64,000 nucleotides of DNA. Source: Patescibacteria group bacterium. Lineage in GTDB: Bacteria > Patescibacteriota > WWE3 > UBA101185 > UBA10185. Both the position numbers and the translations under genes were made by a program. Location: the NCBI GenBank assembly GCA_049322215.1, contig JBMORU010000001.1, forward strand, positions 65,357 through 129,356, in the 5' to 3' direction. How positions within the stretch are numbered: position 1 is the first letter of the stretch; every line of letters starts with the position of its first letter. The notes beneath the pieces are model-generated. The model searched no databases. It saw only the letters and a program-made list of their open reading frames with translations, and had not been told where the DNA came from. Shown here one piece after another: positions 53,124 through 63,480 of the stretch.

Positions 53124-54356
53124 CTAGCCTAAAACCTCCTTTGCTTTCAAAATACCGCTTACTAGTTTGTCTATATCACCTTTATCGTTATACAAATAAT
53201 AACTTGCTCTTGTAGAGGCAACTATTTGCAATGTAGTGTGCAAAGGCATGGTACAGTGATGCCCCGACCTAACTGCTACACCCTGCTCATTTAACACCGC
53301 AGCAACATCATGCGCATGAATTCCCTTTAAGGTAAATGCTACTAAACCAGTACGTTTAAGAGCATCCGTGGGACCCAATATTTCTAAACCTTCTATTCCT
53401 TGTAATTTTTCTAAAGCATATTTAGTTAGTAGTACTTCATGCTCTCTTATATTATCTATACCTACACTATTCAAATATTTTATTGCAGCAGAAAGTCCTA
53501 CTGCGCCAGCAATATTTGGGGTACCACCCTCAAATTTTTCAGGAACCTTGGCCCAAGTAGAGTTTGTAAATGCCACTTCATGAATCATACCGCCACCAAA
53601 CTTTATTGGAGACATATCTTCTAACAATTGTTGCTTACCCCATAAAACACCAATTCCTGTAGGGCCAAGCATTTTATGCCCGGAAAATGCATAAAAGTCA
53701 CATCCAAGGTTTTGGACGTTTACAGGCATATGCGGAATTGCTTGTGCGCCATCAACAATAACTTTAGTATTGTAATTCGACACTAACTTTTTTATATCTT
53801 TAATGGGTGTAATAGTACCTAAAACATTTGAGGCATGGCTGATTACAATAGCTTTAACTTTATTTTCGTACAAATCCAAAAAGTTTTTTATATCTTCTAA
53901 TAACAGTGTTCCCGTTATGTCAAAAGGGATTACTTCTAATTTAGCCTTAGCTGCCTTAGCAACTTGCTGCCAGGGCACTAAATTACTATGGTGTTCTATT
54001 CCAGAAATCAATATAACATCGTCTTCAAACACATTAAGCATACCCCAACCATAAGCTACTAAGTTTAAGCCTTCTGTAGTACCACTAGTAAACACTACTT
54101 CGCTGTCTTTATTAGCATTAATAAATTGTGCAACTGTGGTACGGGAGTATTCATACATATCTGTAGCCTCTTCGCTAAGCATGTGAATACCCCTATGAAC
54201 ATTAGCATTATGATTTAAATAGTAGTCGGATATTGCTTCAACAACCTGAACAGGCTTTTGCGAGGTAGCTGCGTTATCAAGATAAACTAGGGAATAATCG
54301 CCTACCTTCCTACTTAAAATAGGAAAGTCCTTTTTTATTTCATCCACATTAATCAT
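53124..54356 (-). CDS. sufS: Cysteine desulfurase SufS
   Basis: YLDNAATSQKP, FSGHKMLGPTG, RSGHHC. Confidence 0.96.
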   Translation of the reverse strand: MINVDEIKKDFPILSRKVGDYSLVYLDNAATSQKPVQVVEAISDYYLNHNANVHRGIHMLSEEATDMYEYSRTTVAQFINANKDSEVVFTSGTTEGLNLVAYGWGMLNVFEDDVILISGIEHHSNLVPWQQVAKAAKAKLEVIPFDITGTLLLEDIKNFLDLYENKVKAIVISHASNVLGTITPIKDIKKLVSNYNTKVIVDGAQAIPHMPVNVQNLGCDFYAFSGHKMLGPTGIGVLWGKQQLLEDMSPIKFGGGMIHEVAFTNSTWAKVPEKFEGGTPNIAGAVGLSAAIKYLNSVGIDNIREHEVLLTKYALEKLQGIEGLEILGPTDALKRTGLVAFTLKGIHAHDVAAVLNEQGVAVRSGHHCTMPLHTTLQIVASTRASYYLYNDKGDIDKLVSGILKAKEVLG

Positions 54357-54939
54357 TGAGAGATAAAGTATCCTTTAACTTTTGACGAATTTCGTCTGAC
54401 TTAATTGTAGCAAGAACACTTTCAAAAAAACCATCCACTATTAAATCTTGAGCTTCGACTCTAGTTAATCCACGACTTGTTAAGTAGTAAATTTGATTTT
54501 CATCTATTCTCCCTGTAGTTGCGCCATGGGAAGCTTTAACGTCGTCTGCTTCAATTTCTAAAATTGGTTGAGAATTGTTGTGAGTATTTTCACCTAGAAT
54601 CAAAACAGAATCATCAAGATAAGAACTTGTTTGCTGAGCTTTTTTATTTATCAAAATTTTCCCAATATAATCCGACTTAGAACCATTGGTTAAAACTCCT
54701 TTTACGTTAGTAACACATGTGGTATGCGGAGCTAGGTGATTGGCAATTGTCGTTAAGTGCAAATTATCACCCATGCCTAATTTGTACAAGCCAATAATTT
54801 CAGCTGCAACACCTTCTTTTTCAAATTTAAGTTCAACAACATATTTGCCACTTTTAAAGGGAATGTCTAAAACAAATTGAGTGTCTTCTGTTACAGAAAT
54901 TGAGTTATTTTCTTTTAATTTTAAAAATTCTACTTTCAC
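54349..54939 (-). CDS. sufD: Short SufD-family protein
   Basis: PILEIEADDVKASHGAT..YYLTSRG; long N-terminus absent. Confidence 0.85.
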   Translation of the reverse strand: MKVEFLKLKENNSISVTEDTQFVLDIPFKSGKYVVELKFEKEGVAAEIIGLYKLGMGDNLHLTTIANHLAPHTTCVTNVKGVLTNGSKSDYIGKILINKKAQQTSSYLDDSVLILGENTHNNSQPILEIEADDVKASHGATTGRIDENQIYYLTSRGLTRVEAQDLIVDGFFESVLATIKSDEIRQKLKDTLSLND

Positions 54940-55030
54940 TTAGTGTATTATTTGCTAAATAAAGTACATGTTATATGGAGCGATTCCGCAGCGAAGCGAA
55001 GACTTAGTGACATGTAACTTGTAGTTTTAT

Positions 55031-56470
55031 CTAACCAACAGAGCCCTCCATTTCCAACTCAATTAACCTATTTAGTTCTACAGAATATTCCATGGGCAAT
55101 TCTTTAACAATAGGCTCTATAAACCCAGACACTATTAAGCTCATTGCTTCTGCTTCACTTAAACCACGACTCATTAAGTAAAACATTTTTTCTTCACCTA
55201 TTTTACTCACTGTTGCTTCATGCTCTATTTGGGCACTACTATTGTCAATTTTCATTACGGGAAATGTGTCTGTTGCAGACTCAGCGTCTAAAATTAACGC
55301 ATCGCATTCAACCCTACTTTTGGCGTTTTTTGCAGATGGAGTAACAGCCACCATTCCTCTATAACTAGTCCTGCCACCATTAGCACTTATAGACTTGGAA
55401 ATTATTGTTGAAGATGTATTTGGAGCAATATGTATCATTTTAGCTCCTGCATCTTGGTGTTGATTTTCGTTAGCATACGCAATAGATAAAACCTCGCCAT
55501 GCGCACCCTCACCCACTAAGTAACAACTTGGATACTTCATTGTTAAACGAGATCCCAAATTACCGTCTATCCATTCCATTATTCCGTTTTTTTCTACACG
55601 AGCACGTTTTGTTACTAAGTTATAAACATCATTTGACCAATTTTGAATAGTCGTATACCTGCAACGGGCACCAGGCTTAACAATTATTTCTACAACAGCA
55701 GAATGTAAAGAATCTGTTGAGTAAACAGGAGCTGTACAACCCTCAACATAATGAAATTCGCTACCTTCATCGGCTATTATTAAAGTTCTCTCAAACTGAC
55801 CCATATTTTCTGCATTTATTCTAAAGTAAGCTTGTAACGGTCTTTTTAACTTTACTCCTTTTGGAACATAAACAAACGAACCTCCAGACCATACAGCACT
55901 ATTTAGTGCAGCAAATTTATTATCGTTAGGGGGAATAACTGTTCCAAAATACTCTTCGAAAAATTCTGGATGTTTTTGTAACGCTTCGTCTGTTCCCATA
56001 AATAAAACACCGTCTTCTTCAAGTTCTGACATTAAAGAGCCATAAATTACTTCAGAATCAAATTGTGCTTTAACTCCCGCTAAATGTTTTCTTTCGGCTT
56101 CGGGAATACCTAAGCGCTCGAATGTTTGTTTCATTTCTGCCGGAACATCATCCCAACTACGCTTTTCATCGTCAGTGGGTTTTAAGTAGTAGTAAATATT
56201 ATCGTAATTGATTTTGCTTAAGTCGCCACCCCAAGTTGGAGTAGGTTTTTCCTTAAAAATTCGGTAAGCCTTGAGTCTAAAATCAAGCATCCATGCAGGT
56301 TCATTTTTCATGGCTGAAATTTTTACAATTACATCTTCGTTTAAGCCCTTTTCGGCTTTAAAAACATAGTTTTCAGGAACATTAAAACCATACTTTGTTT
56401 TATAATCGGCATTAACGTTTACAGACGCCTCAGACTTTTTTTGATTTTCTGCCATTTGTTTTTTACCCAT
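55031..56470 (-). CDS. sufB: Fe-S cluster assembly protein SufB
   Basis: [30 protein letters not shown]-terminus. Confidence 0.97.
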   Translation of the reverse strand: MGKKQMAENQKKSEASVNVNADYKTKYGFNVPENYVFKAEKGLNEDVIVKISAMKNEPAWMLDFRLKAYRIFKEKPTPTWGGDLSKINYDNIYYYLKPTDDEKRSWDDVPAEMKQTFERLGIPEAERKHLAGVKAQFDSEVIYGSLMSELEEDGVLFMGTDEALQKHPEFFEEYFGTVIPPNDNKFAALNSAVWSGGSFVYVPKGVKLKRPLQAYFRINAENMGQFERTLIIADEGSEFHYVEGCTAPVYSTDSLHSAVVEIIVKPGARCRYTTIQNWSNDVYNLVTKRARVEKNGIMEWIDGNLGSRLTMKYPSCYLVGEGAHGEVLSIAYANENQHQDAGAKMIHIAPNTSSTIISKSISANGGRTSYRGMVAVTPSAKNAKSRVECDALILDAESATDTFPVMKIDNSSAQIEHEATVSKIGEEKMFYLMSRGLSEAEAMSLIVSGFIEPIVKELPMEYSVELNRLIELEMEGSVG

Positions 56471-57202
56471 TTATTCACCAAAAGGCGCATAGCCCTTTTC
56501 TTCTAGTTCGTGCGCCAATTCAGAACCTCCTGTTTTTACAATTTTTCCATCCTGCATTATATGTACAAAATCAGGCTCAATATGCTTTAAAACACGTGTA
56601 TAGTGTGTGATTAAAAGTACTGTCATATCTTTCTTATCTTTTAAGTGATTAACAGCTTTTCCTACTACTTTTAAAGCATCTACATCTAAACCACTATCGG
56701 TTTCATCTAAAATGGCCAGTTTTGGTTCCATAATAAGCATTTGCAACATTTCCATACGCTTTTTTTCACCACCAGAAAAACCCTCGTTTAAATAGCGCGT
56801 CATAAAACTTTCATCCATATTCAACAGGTCCATTTTCTCTTTTAAAATTTTTCTGAAACGTGCCGGGGGTAGTTTTTCACCGTGCATTTTGTTATGAATC
56901 ATTCTCAAAAAATTAGATATTGTAACTCCTGTTACTTCGCTTGGGTATTGAAACGATAAAAAAACACCGGCAAGAGCACGCTCGTCGGGCTCCATTGCCA
57001 GTAAATCTTCGCCATTAAGTAAAACTGTACCTTTATTTATTTCATACATTGGATGTCCCATTAAAGATTGTGCTAAAGTGCTTTTACCAGAACCGTTTGG
57101 TCCCATAAGTACATGAACTTTACCTTTTGTAACTTCTAAATCTACACCCTTTAAAATAAGTTTTTCTTCAATTGATACCTTTAAATCTGTGATTTTTAAC
57201 AT
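56471..57202 (-). CDS. sufC: Fe-S cluster assembly ATPase SufC
   Basis: GPNGSGKST, FSGGEKKR, LDETDSGLD. Confidence 0.97.
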   Translation of the reverse strand: MLKITDLKVSIEEKLILKGVDLEVTKGKVHVLMGPNGSGKSTLAQSLMGHPMYEINKGTVLLNGEDLLAMEPDERALAGVFLSFQYPSEVTGVTISNFLRMIHNKMHGEKLPPARFRKILKEKMDLLNMDESFMTRYLNEGFSGGEKKRMEMLQMLIMEPKLAILDETDSGLDVDALKVVGKAVNHLKDKKDMTVLLITHYTRVLKHIEPDFVHIMQDGKIVKTGGSELAHELEEKGYAPFGE

Positions 57203-57507
57203 TAATTTTTCTCCGGGAATTTAATATCATGCACTACACAGTTTGCACTATAATGAGGGCATACTTCGTTTGCACTATAAATAACTTCTTTTCCATCTTT
57301 TCTAGAATCAAGAAGTCCGTTTTCACGCATTTCTTTTAAATGATATGAAACTGTAGGCTGCTTTAGATTTAAAAGTGAAACCAACTCAGACACAGAGGCT
57401 TCACCCTCATGTACTAAGTATTGGTAAATATTCATACGTGAAGAAACCCCTAAAGATTTAAAACATTGCGTACATTTTACTTTTTCGTTTGCTTTTAAAA
57501 TTTGCAC
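57202..57507 (-). CDS. ArsR/SmtB-family regulator heading the suf operon
   Basis: R..I, SVSEL, QPTVSYHL wHTH; four cysteines; stop overlaps the sufC start. Confidence 0.82.
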   Translation of the reverse strand: MQILKANEKVKCTQCFKSLGVSSRMNIYQYLVHEGEASVSELVSLLNLKQPTVSYHLKEMRENGLLDSRKDGKEVIYSANEVCPHYSANCVVHDIKFPEKN

Positions 57508-57558
57508 AAATTGATACTAATCTATATGTACCATTGTGTCAAAAGAATGTGAATATTA

Positions 57559-60500
57559 TTAAAGATTATTCATTGGAGGTTCGGGAAAGTCATTTATACA
57601 TTCCTCAGGATCATCTGACTCACAGTGAACCGGATCTTGTACTGCATTTCTTAGCATGCTTCCCCAAACATGAATTTGCTCGGGACCGGCAGCACCAGAA
57701 TCAGCGCCACGACCTTGACCTTGTGGAGGGTCTTTTTCGTTAGATGCAATTTGATCTAGGGTCATAATAGAACCAATATCTGTCAAAGGCTCTAATTCTT
57801 GCGGAGGTGCAAACGGAAGCACAACCTCTAACGAGCACTTACCAACAGCAATTCCTCGACGTGCTTCAACAAAGGTATAGGCATCTAAGTCAGTTTCAAT
57901 ATCACCTAAACAAGCCGTGTCCCCATCCTCACCGTAACCTTGGGGTTCATCTTGGCTTCTATGCGTGCACGAAGTTACAATAAAGCCATCTGGTACAGAA
58001 GAGTAGTCACCATCTTCACACACGGCGCTTGCGCTAACACCATAGTCACTACATGAACATGTCCCAGCAGTACATGGAGGCCCGTCTAAAGTACAACTAT
58101 TTTCACAAGGAAACTCACTGTCTGCAGGACAACCCCCACCGCTCCAACTACCCCATGTATAAGGGTTACAGGTAGAGTTAGCAGGAATATCGTTACCCCA
58201 GACTCCAAATACCGATAGCAAGTTTGCAAAAAACTGTAAAACAGCACCAAAAATAGATTCGTTAAAGAATAGCCCTTGTGCTATTGGAGGTACTTCCTCG
58301 GTTAAGTATTTATACCCCTCAGATCCTCTATGAGTTTCATCACGAATAAACCATTCTTCATTAGTTGGATCTGTGGAACCAGTAGAGTGGTTGTAGGTAC
58401 AAAGTGATTGCTGCAAACCAATACGATACCAACCTCTGTTGCCTCCTTGGGGCAACTCAGTGTCAGGATTAAAGGCGTTGCCTTCGGTAGAATCTATACA
58501 CTGCACTTGAAATGGACTATGCCAAATCATAGAAGGAGGACCTCCCCATTGTGTATGAGAAACAGCCTGGTTTGAATACAAAATATTAGCCCAAGGCAGC
58601 GAATAAATACCTTGAGGTCCTGCAGGGTGTACAACATAGTTTAGTCCAAAAAATGGGCGGTCAGCTTTTGTACCATCTTCAAACGGAGCAATTCTCCATA
58701 CAGGATCTGCATTATTAATAAAAGAGTCATTAGTTGCCTCATTAAATTCTTTTGTTTGATAAGTTTTCTCTAAAGCACCACCTTCGTTGTATAGCAAAGC
58801 CACAGGAAAGTAGCGGCAATCCAAACTGTAACCACTTAATCCTGGAATATTAGGATCATTTTCGTCATAGGCTAAACGATCATCACAAGCATCATCCCAG
58901 GGAGGTTGAATTTGATCTAACATTACAACACCGCCACTATCGGTTTCGCAAGCGGGAACTGCGCTTGGGTCACTCATTAAGCCATAGCGTTCTTCCCACT
59001 CAAATGGACCTGCCCCACCAACGGCAGGACCCCCACATGTTTGACCGTTACGACCTTCATTTTCTTCTAAAGCAATTGGGTATGTGCATGCTGCGTTTCT
59101 TCTACATAAGGGTAATTCCTCTTCATCTATAGTTTCGTTCCTTGGGGGCGTAATATCATCTCGATAATTGTACCCGTAACCTGTTAATAAATAATTGGCT
59201 CCGTAGTACGAGGTTGCGTCTGTAGAATTATAAACACCATTTCTACCTTCTAACGGGTCTTTAGAAGTAACTTCATTATTTTGAGGAGGACATAATTGAG
59301 TAGCGGGGTCACAATCTGGGTCATCGGTAGGGGCGCCAATATACGAATCATCTACATCTTCTTTTAATAATTCAACGTTATAAACTACTGACGGAGTATT
59401 AGTAAAGCCATCTAAATCAAAGTTTTGCTCATTACATGTTAAATACTCAACCCTATCTACATACGATAAATCTCCCGGACAGGGCACTTGAGGTAAACCT
59501 CCGGGCAATGGCTCAACGTCTAAATTAATTGGCTGATAAATTTGAATATCGTGATCTAAGCTTACTTTTAAAATTTCCTTAGGTTCTCCGAAAGCGCAAA
59601 AAGCTATGTAGTTAGAGTTGTCAAAACTATCTGGAGTTCTATAGGTAGTTAATTCAAAATTACCGTTTTCATCTGTAAAAACAGTAGCTTCAGAATTTAC
59701 TATATGTCCTGCGTTTCTTTTACCAGTACCATAGTCCCAACTACCCTGATATGCAGTTACCGATACACCCGTTAACTTTTTATTAAGAGTTTCTGTTCCA
59801 TCACTTTCTACAAATTTTCTGGTAGAGCGCACACGACCTTTTATAACCACAGGCCATTCACAACTGGTATCGCTGTAATTACCTGTAGGCAAAGCACCTG
59901 ATGCTCTAACACCGAATTCTCCAATATAAAATAACTTTCCTAAAGCCGCTGCTTGTTGAGAAGCAAGCGCCATATTATTTTTTTCTGTAATCGTATAATA
60001 GTGACCCGATGCAATATCTATATTTGGATTGTCGTTACTTACAGTAAAATCAGCGGGGCTTTCAGCAGAAAGAGCACTATCCCCTAAGGTACAAGGCTGA
60101 CCCGACATTTGCCCAATTCCAACCAATTTAGACGAATCTACAGATTTTAATGCCGCTGCCATATCAGCAGCCCACTCAGCATAAAATGGTAAACAACCAC
60201 CTAAACCACCGCAGTGAGGCTCATTTAAAAGTTCGTAAGCATAAACACCGTTGCTACCAATAAAGTTGGCAGCAAGGTCTTGTGCATACGAATAATACGA
60301 CCCAACATAGTTGGGGCCTGTAATTTGAGATCTATAACCACCTGCGTACCAATTGGTTGGGTTAGATCTTACATTTCCATCAATACCTAATTCACAAGTG
60401 TTAGCAAAGTCACAAATTACAACAATCAAACGAATACCATAAGTGTTATATGCTAAATCAGCAATTTGCCTTGCAATTGGGTCGTTACCGTTTCTGTCAG

Positions 60501-60894
60501 GACTACCAAAAACACGCACCATATTCACACCACAACTTTGCAAATAGGCTAAAGCTTGGTCTGCAGCACCTGAGTTAAACAAATTAGGAACATTAACGCC
60601 TACCCAGTCAAAAGCCCCTGCATTGTTAGCTAAAGCCTGACAAGTATCGTCGCCTAAATAAAATGAAAACTCATCCTGACCAAAAACACCTGGACCACCT
60701 AATTCATGAGAATACTGCCAATATAAAAAGCCACGGGCTCCAATAGCTGCCATAGCCTGCATTTCGGCTTCCACGGTTGAAGAGCGCGCATCAGCGTACA
60801 CAGGTTTTACGTCAACGAATAGTGAAAAAACACTAAAAATAAAGGCGTTGACCAATATTATTAAAAAATATCGCGCGAATATTTTCATATTCAA
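57559..60894 (-). CDS. Large secreted protein with N-terminal GH5-like domain and cysteine-rich C-terminal region
   Basis: Signal peptide; GVN, VRVF, YELLNEP, HYY and IGEFG clan GH-A motifs; many Cys. Confidence 0.72.
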   Translation of the reverse strand: MNMKIFARYFLIILVNAFIFSVFSLFVDVKPVYADARSSTVEAEMQAMAAIGARGFLYWQYSHELGGPGVFGQDEFSFYLGDDTCQALANNAGAFDWVGVNVPNLFNSGAADQALAYLQSCGVNMVRVFGSPDRNGNDPIARQIADLAYNTYGIRLIVVICDFANTCELGIDGNVRSNPTNWYAGGYRSQITGPNYVGSYYSYAQDLAANFIGSNGVYAYELLNEPHCGGLGGCLPFYAEWAADMAAALKSVDSSKLVGIGQMSGQPCTLGDSALSAESPADFTVSNDNPNIDIASGHYYTITEKNNMALASQQAAALGKLFYIGEFGVRASGALPTGNYSDTSCEWPVVIKGRVRSTRKFVESDGTETLNKKLTGVSVTAYQGSWDYGTGKRNAGHIVNSEATVFTDENGNFELTTYRTPDSFDNSNYIAFCAFGEPKEILKVSLDHDIQIYQPINLDVEPLPGGLPQVPCPGDLSYVDRVEYLTCNEQNFDLDGFTNTPSVVYNVELLKEDVDDSYIGAPTDDPDCDPATQLCPPQNNEVTSKDPLEGRNGVYNSTDATSYYGANYLLTGYGYNYRDDITPPRNETIDEEELPLCRRNAACTYPIALEENEGRNGQTCGGPAVGGAGPFEWEERYGLMSDPSAVPACETDSGGVVMLDQIQPPWDDACDDRLAYDENDPNIPGLSGYSLDCRYFPVALLYNEGGALEKTYQTKEFNEATNDSFINNADPVWRIAPFEDGTKADRPFFGLNYVVHPAGPQGIYSLPWANILYSNQAVSHTQWGGPPSMIWHSPFQVQCIDSTEGNAFNPDTELPQGGNRGWYRIGLQQSLCTYNHSTGSTDPTNEEWFIRDETHRGSEGYKYLTEEVPPIAQGLFFNESIFGAVLQFFANLLSVFGVWGNDIPANSTCNPYTWGSWSGGGCPADSEFPCENSCTLDGPPCTAGTCSCSDYGVSASAVCEDGDYSSVPDGFIVTSCTHRSQDEPQGYGEDGDTACLGDIETDLDAYTFVEARRGIAVGKCSLEVVLPFAPPQELEPLTDIGSIMTLDQIASNEKDPPQGQGRGADSGAAGPEQIHVWGSMLRNAVQDPVHCESDDPEECINDFPEPPMNNL

Positions 60895-60928
60895 AAAAAT
60901 TATACCAAAATTTGCTAAACTAATAAGT

Positions 60929-61963
60929 ATGAAAAAGATTAAAGCGTTTTTTTACGTATATATAAAAAGTATAACTTCAATTGATTATTACAAAGATCTT
61001 ACCAAAGTAGGATTTGGATTTTCTTTTAAATACTTTGTTATTTTAGCAGCCCTTGCGGCTATAGTGGCAAGTGTAGGAATTTCGTTACCTGCATCTAAAA
61101 GTATAAACGAAGCAGTAAACAAAGGTTTAGATAGCTTGGTAAACCACTATCCTGAAGATTTGGAAATTACAATTAAAGAAGGCTTACTATCAATTAATAA
61201 ACCAGAACCTTACATAGTTAAGTTTCCAGAAGAGCTAACACAAGATTCTGAAGAATTTAAAGATCAAAATTTAATAGTTTTTGATTCAGAAGGAACAATA
61301 GACGATTTAGAAAACTACAACACTGTAATTTTAGTCAACAGAAAAAACATATTAGTAAACAACCCGGAGGCAACGGGAACAGATCAAATTAGAGTTTTAC
61401 CTTTAAGAGACTTTGAAGAAGGTACCTTAAACAAAGAAACCGTAATGTATTTAATAAATGAGTTTCGACCTTTAGCTAAATTTATTCCATACATAGTATT
61501 TACTGCAATTGCAGGTGCTATGATATTTTATTTCTTTGCTTACCGTCTTACCTATTTACTTGTGGTTACTGCAATTTTAATGCTTGTAGGAAACATAGTT
61601 AAAGTTAAACTACAGTTTTCTAAGTACTATCAAATAGGTTTACATGCTATGACTTTACCCCTAACTATAGACGTAATAACATTAGTAGCTAAGCAACAAG
61701 TACCGATACCTTTGTGGTTTTTGTTAATTAATACTGCAATTGGTGTTTTTGCTTTGTTGCGAATGAAGGAAGCAAGTGGCGAAATGAATAAAGTAAGTGA
61801 GGAAAATGCTAATGGTGAAGATGTAACGCATTGGCCCCAACCTCCAGTAGAAGTTGAGAAAACAGAAGAGAAGCCCATGGAAGTTGAGCAACCTGAAACA
61901 GTGGAAAACTCTGAAAGCGCAGATAATAGTGCTGATCAAGAAGAAACTAATTTAGGTAATTGA
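60929..61963 (+). CDS. DUF1189-like membrane protein with acidic tail
   Basis: N-terminal TM, extracytoplasmic domain, four C-terminal TMs; leaderless ATG 60929. Confidence 0.65.
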   Translation: MKKIKAFFYVYIKSITSIDYYKDLTKVGFGFSFKYFVILAALAAIVASVGISLPASKSINEAVNKGLDSLVNHYPEDLEITIKEGLLSINKPEPYIVKFPEELTQDSEEFKDQNLIVFDSEGTIDDLENYNTVILVNRKNILVNNPEATGTDQIRVLPLRDFEEGTLNKETVMYLINEFRPLAKFIPYIVFTAIAGAMIFYFFAYRLTYLLVVTAILMLVGNIVKVKLQFSKYYQIGLHAMTLPLTIDVITLVAKQQVPIPLWFLLINTAIGVFALLRMKEASGEMNKVSEENANGEDVTHWPQPPVEVEKTEEKPMEVEQPETVENSESADNSADQEETNLGN

Positions 61964-62020
61964 TCGCAGTTAAACGCTGTGATAGCATAGCGATGCACTT
62001 TTAAAGAGTGTTTTTAATGA

Positions 62021-62095
62021 TCCTCGGTAGCTCAGTGGTAGAGCAGGAAGCTGTTAACTTCAAGGTCGTAGGTTCGAATCCTACCCGAGGAGCCA
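62021..62095 (+). tRNA. tRNA-Asn(GTT)
   Basis: TCCTCGG acceptor stem, ctGTTaa loop, G73, CCA. Confidence 0.93.
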
Positions 62096-62098
62096 AAA

Positions 62099-62905
62099 TC
62101 ACTTACAATAGTCACTCATTTTCCCACTTTGGGAATCCGAAGAAGGCAGTGATAATACTTTCTCTCTATCTGCAGGAGATATCCAATCGAACCAACAAAC
62201 AGCATATTGATAAGTGTCGGAAAGATGGCTGGCAGCCCAAACCGAATCTTTTGAAGATTCGTTTTTTTCTCTGTAGTCGTATACTCCCCAGTCCAAAAAG
62301 GTATTTGTTCCGTCTTTACTCGAGCCGTTTTTTGTTGTTCCTACCGCAGTGGCGATAACTTCTCCTTGTTTAACTTCGATTGGCGGATAGACTTGAGTGG
62401 TTCTTGAATCCATTTCTTTTGGCATCGGAAATTTTTCAGCAATTTCTTGAAATTTAGGAGAAAGCGTCAATAGATGTCCAACTCGATAGCGAATTCCGCA
62501 AGGGTGCTCAAAGTCGAATGTGTACTGGATATCACCTGTAATAACGGGGTACCTTGCGCCAGCAATCACCTTGGCATCGATGGGTGCTGTTACCAAAATG
62601 TCAGTTGGGAGAGAGTTATCAAATCTGAAACCTCCGTGGGCTTTGAATTCACCTCCGCGGATCTGTCCAGGGTAAAGTATTGAGGTTGCTTTGCTAATTT
62701 CAATAGGCAAAGGAAAGATAAACGGGTCTGGGCAAGTTGTTTTCTCACTTTCTCTTTCTATAGATACTGGATACGCATTACTATTACTAACAATGGCAGG
62801 CGCACGATTCTTAAACGACTTTAGAGTAACTAAACCAACAATAAGAATTACTACAACGGTAATTAAAACGGGAATAACTGCCAATCCCTTTTGTTTCTTC
62901 ATCAC
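62099..62905 (-). CDS. Pilin-like anchored protein with M23/hybrid-motif-like domain
   Basis: KQKG^LAVIPVLI N-terminus; HGGFRF, VTAPIDAKV, GHL, VKQGEVIA; the canonical HxH is missing. Confidence 0.55.
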   Translation of the reverse strand: MMKKQKGLAVIPVLITVVVILIVGLVTLKSFKNRAPAIVSNSNAYPVSIERESEKTTCPDPFIFPLPIEISKATSILYPGQIRGGEFKAHGGFRFDNSLPTDILVTAPIDAKVIAGARYPVITGDIQYTFDFEHPCGIRYRVGHLLTLSPKFQEIAEKFPMPKEMDSRTTQVYPPIEVKQGEVIATAVGTTKNGSSKDGTNTFLDWGVYDYREKNESSKDSVWAASHLSDTYQYAVCWFDWISPADREKVLSLPSSDSQSGKMSDYCK

Positions 62906-63055
62906 AGTTTTATCTTATCACAAGACTTTTATAATTCGGAGTAATTGAACTTGTCTGAGAAATTCAAACTGTTCATAAAACACTTTAATCTCGTGGAAAT
63001 GGGTATTTAACTCAATTTCTCTGTTGAGAAACATGTCAATCAAGAGGAGCTAGTA

Positions 63056-63126
63056 CCCCATAGTGTTTACAGGCGGCAATTTCCACGATATAATAAGCAA
63101 AACTTAATCTCAAACAAAAAAAGGAG
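63056..63126 (+). promoter_or_regulatory. sigma70 promoter with CCCCATAGT motif variant and SD
   Basis: CCCCATAGT-G-TTTACA-17 bp-TATAAT; AAGGAG at 63121-63126; same geometry as 33261-33300. Confidence 0.72.
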
Positions 63127-63132
63127 TAAACA

Positions 63133-63453
63133 ATGCCTGAATTTTTGAAAAAACTGTACTATCGTTGCTTTGTTTACAAGTCTGTTGCTCGACCCGATAA
63201 TTTCAGTTATGTCCGAAAAGGCGATGTTTTAGTCCGCGTAACGCCTGGATTCAAAAAAGATACACTTTGGTATACAGAAGCTGAGGTTATCGAAGTAACA
63301 AGCACCCAAATCGTTTGCAAGGTTTATGTAGATGTTCCACGCACAATGAAATTTGATCGCGTAACAGGACAAATGCAAAACCTTCCTGAAGATTGGGATC
63401 CCCAATGGCTTGAATTCCCACTGACCGAAGAAGCAAAATTGGCGATTAAGTAG
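63133..63453 (+). CDS. Hypothetical orphan protein (first gene of a two-gene unit)
   Basis: 106 aa; SD-led. Confidence 0.7.
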   Translation: MPEFLKKLYYRCFVYKSVARPDNFSYVRKGDVLVRVTPGFKKDTLWYTEAEVIEVTSTQIVCKVYVDVPRTMKFDRVTGQMQNLPEDWDPQWLEFPLTEEAKLAIK

Positions 63454-63480
63454 CATAACTCAACTATTGACGAGGTAAAA

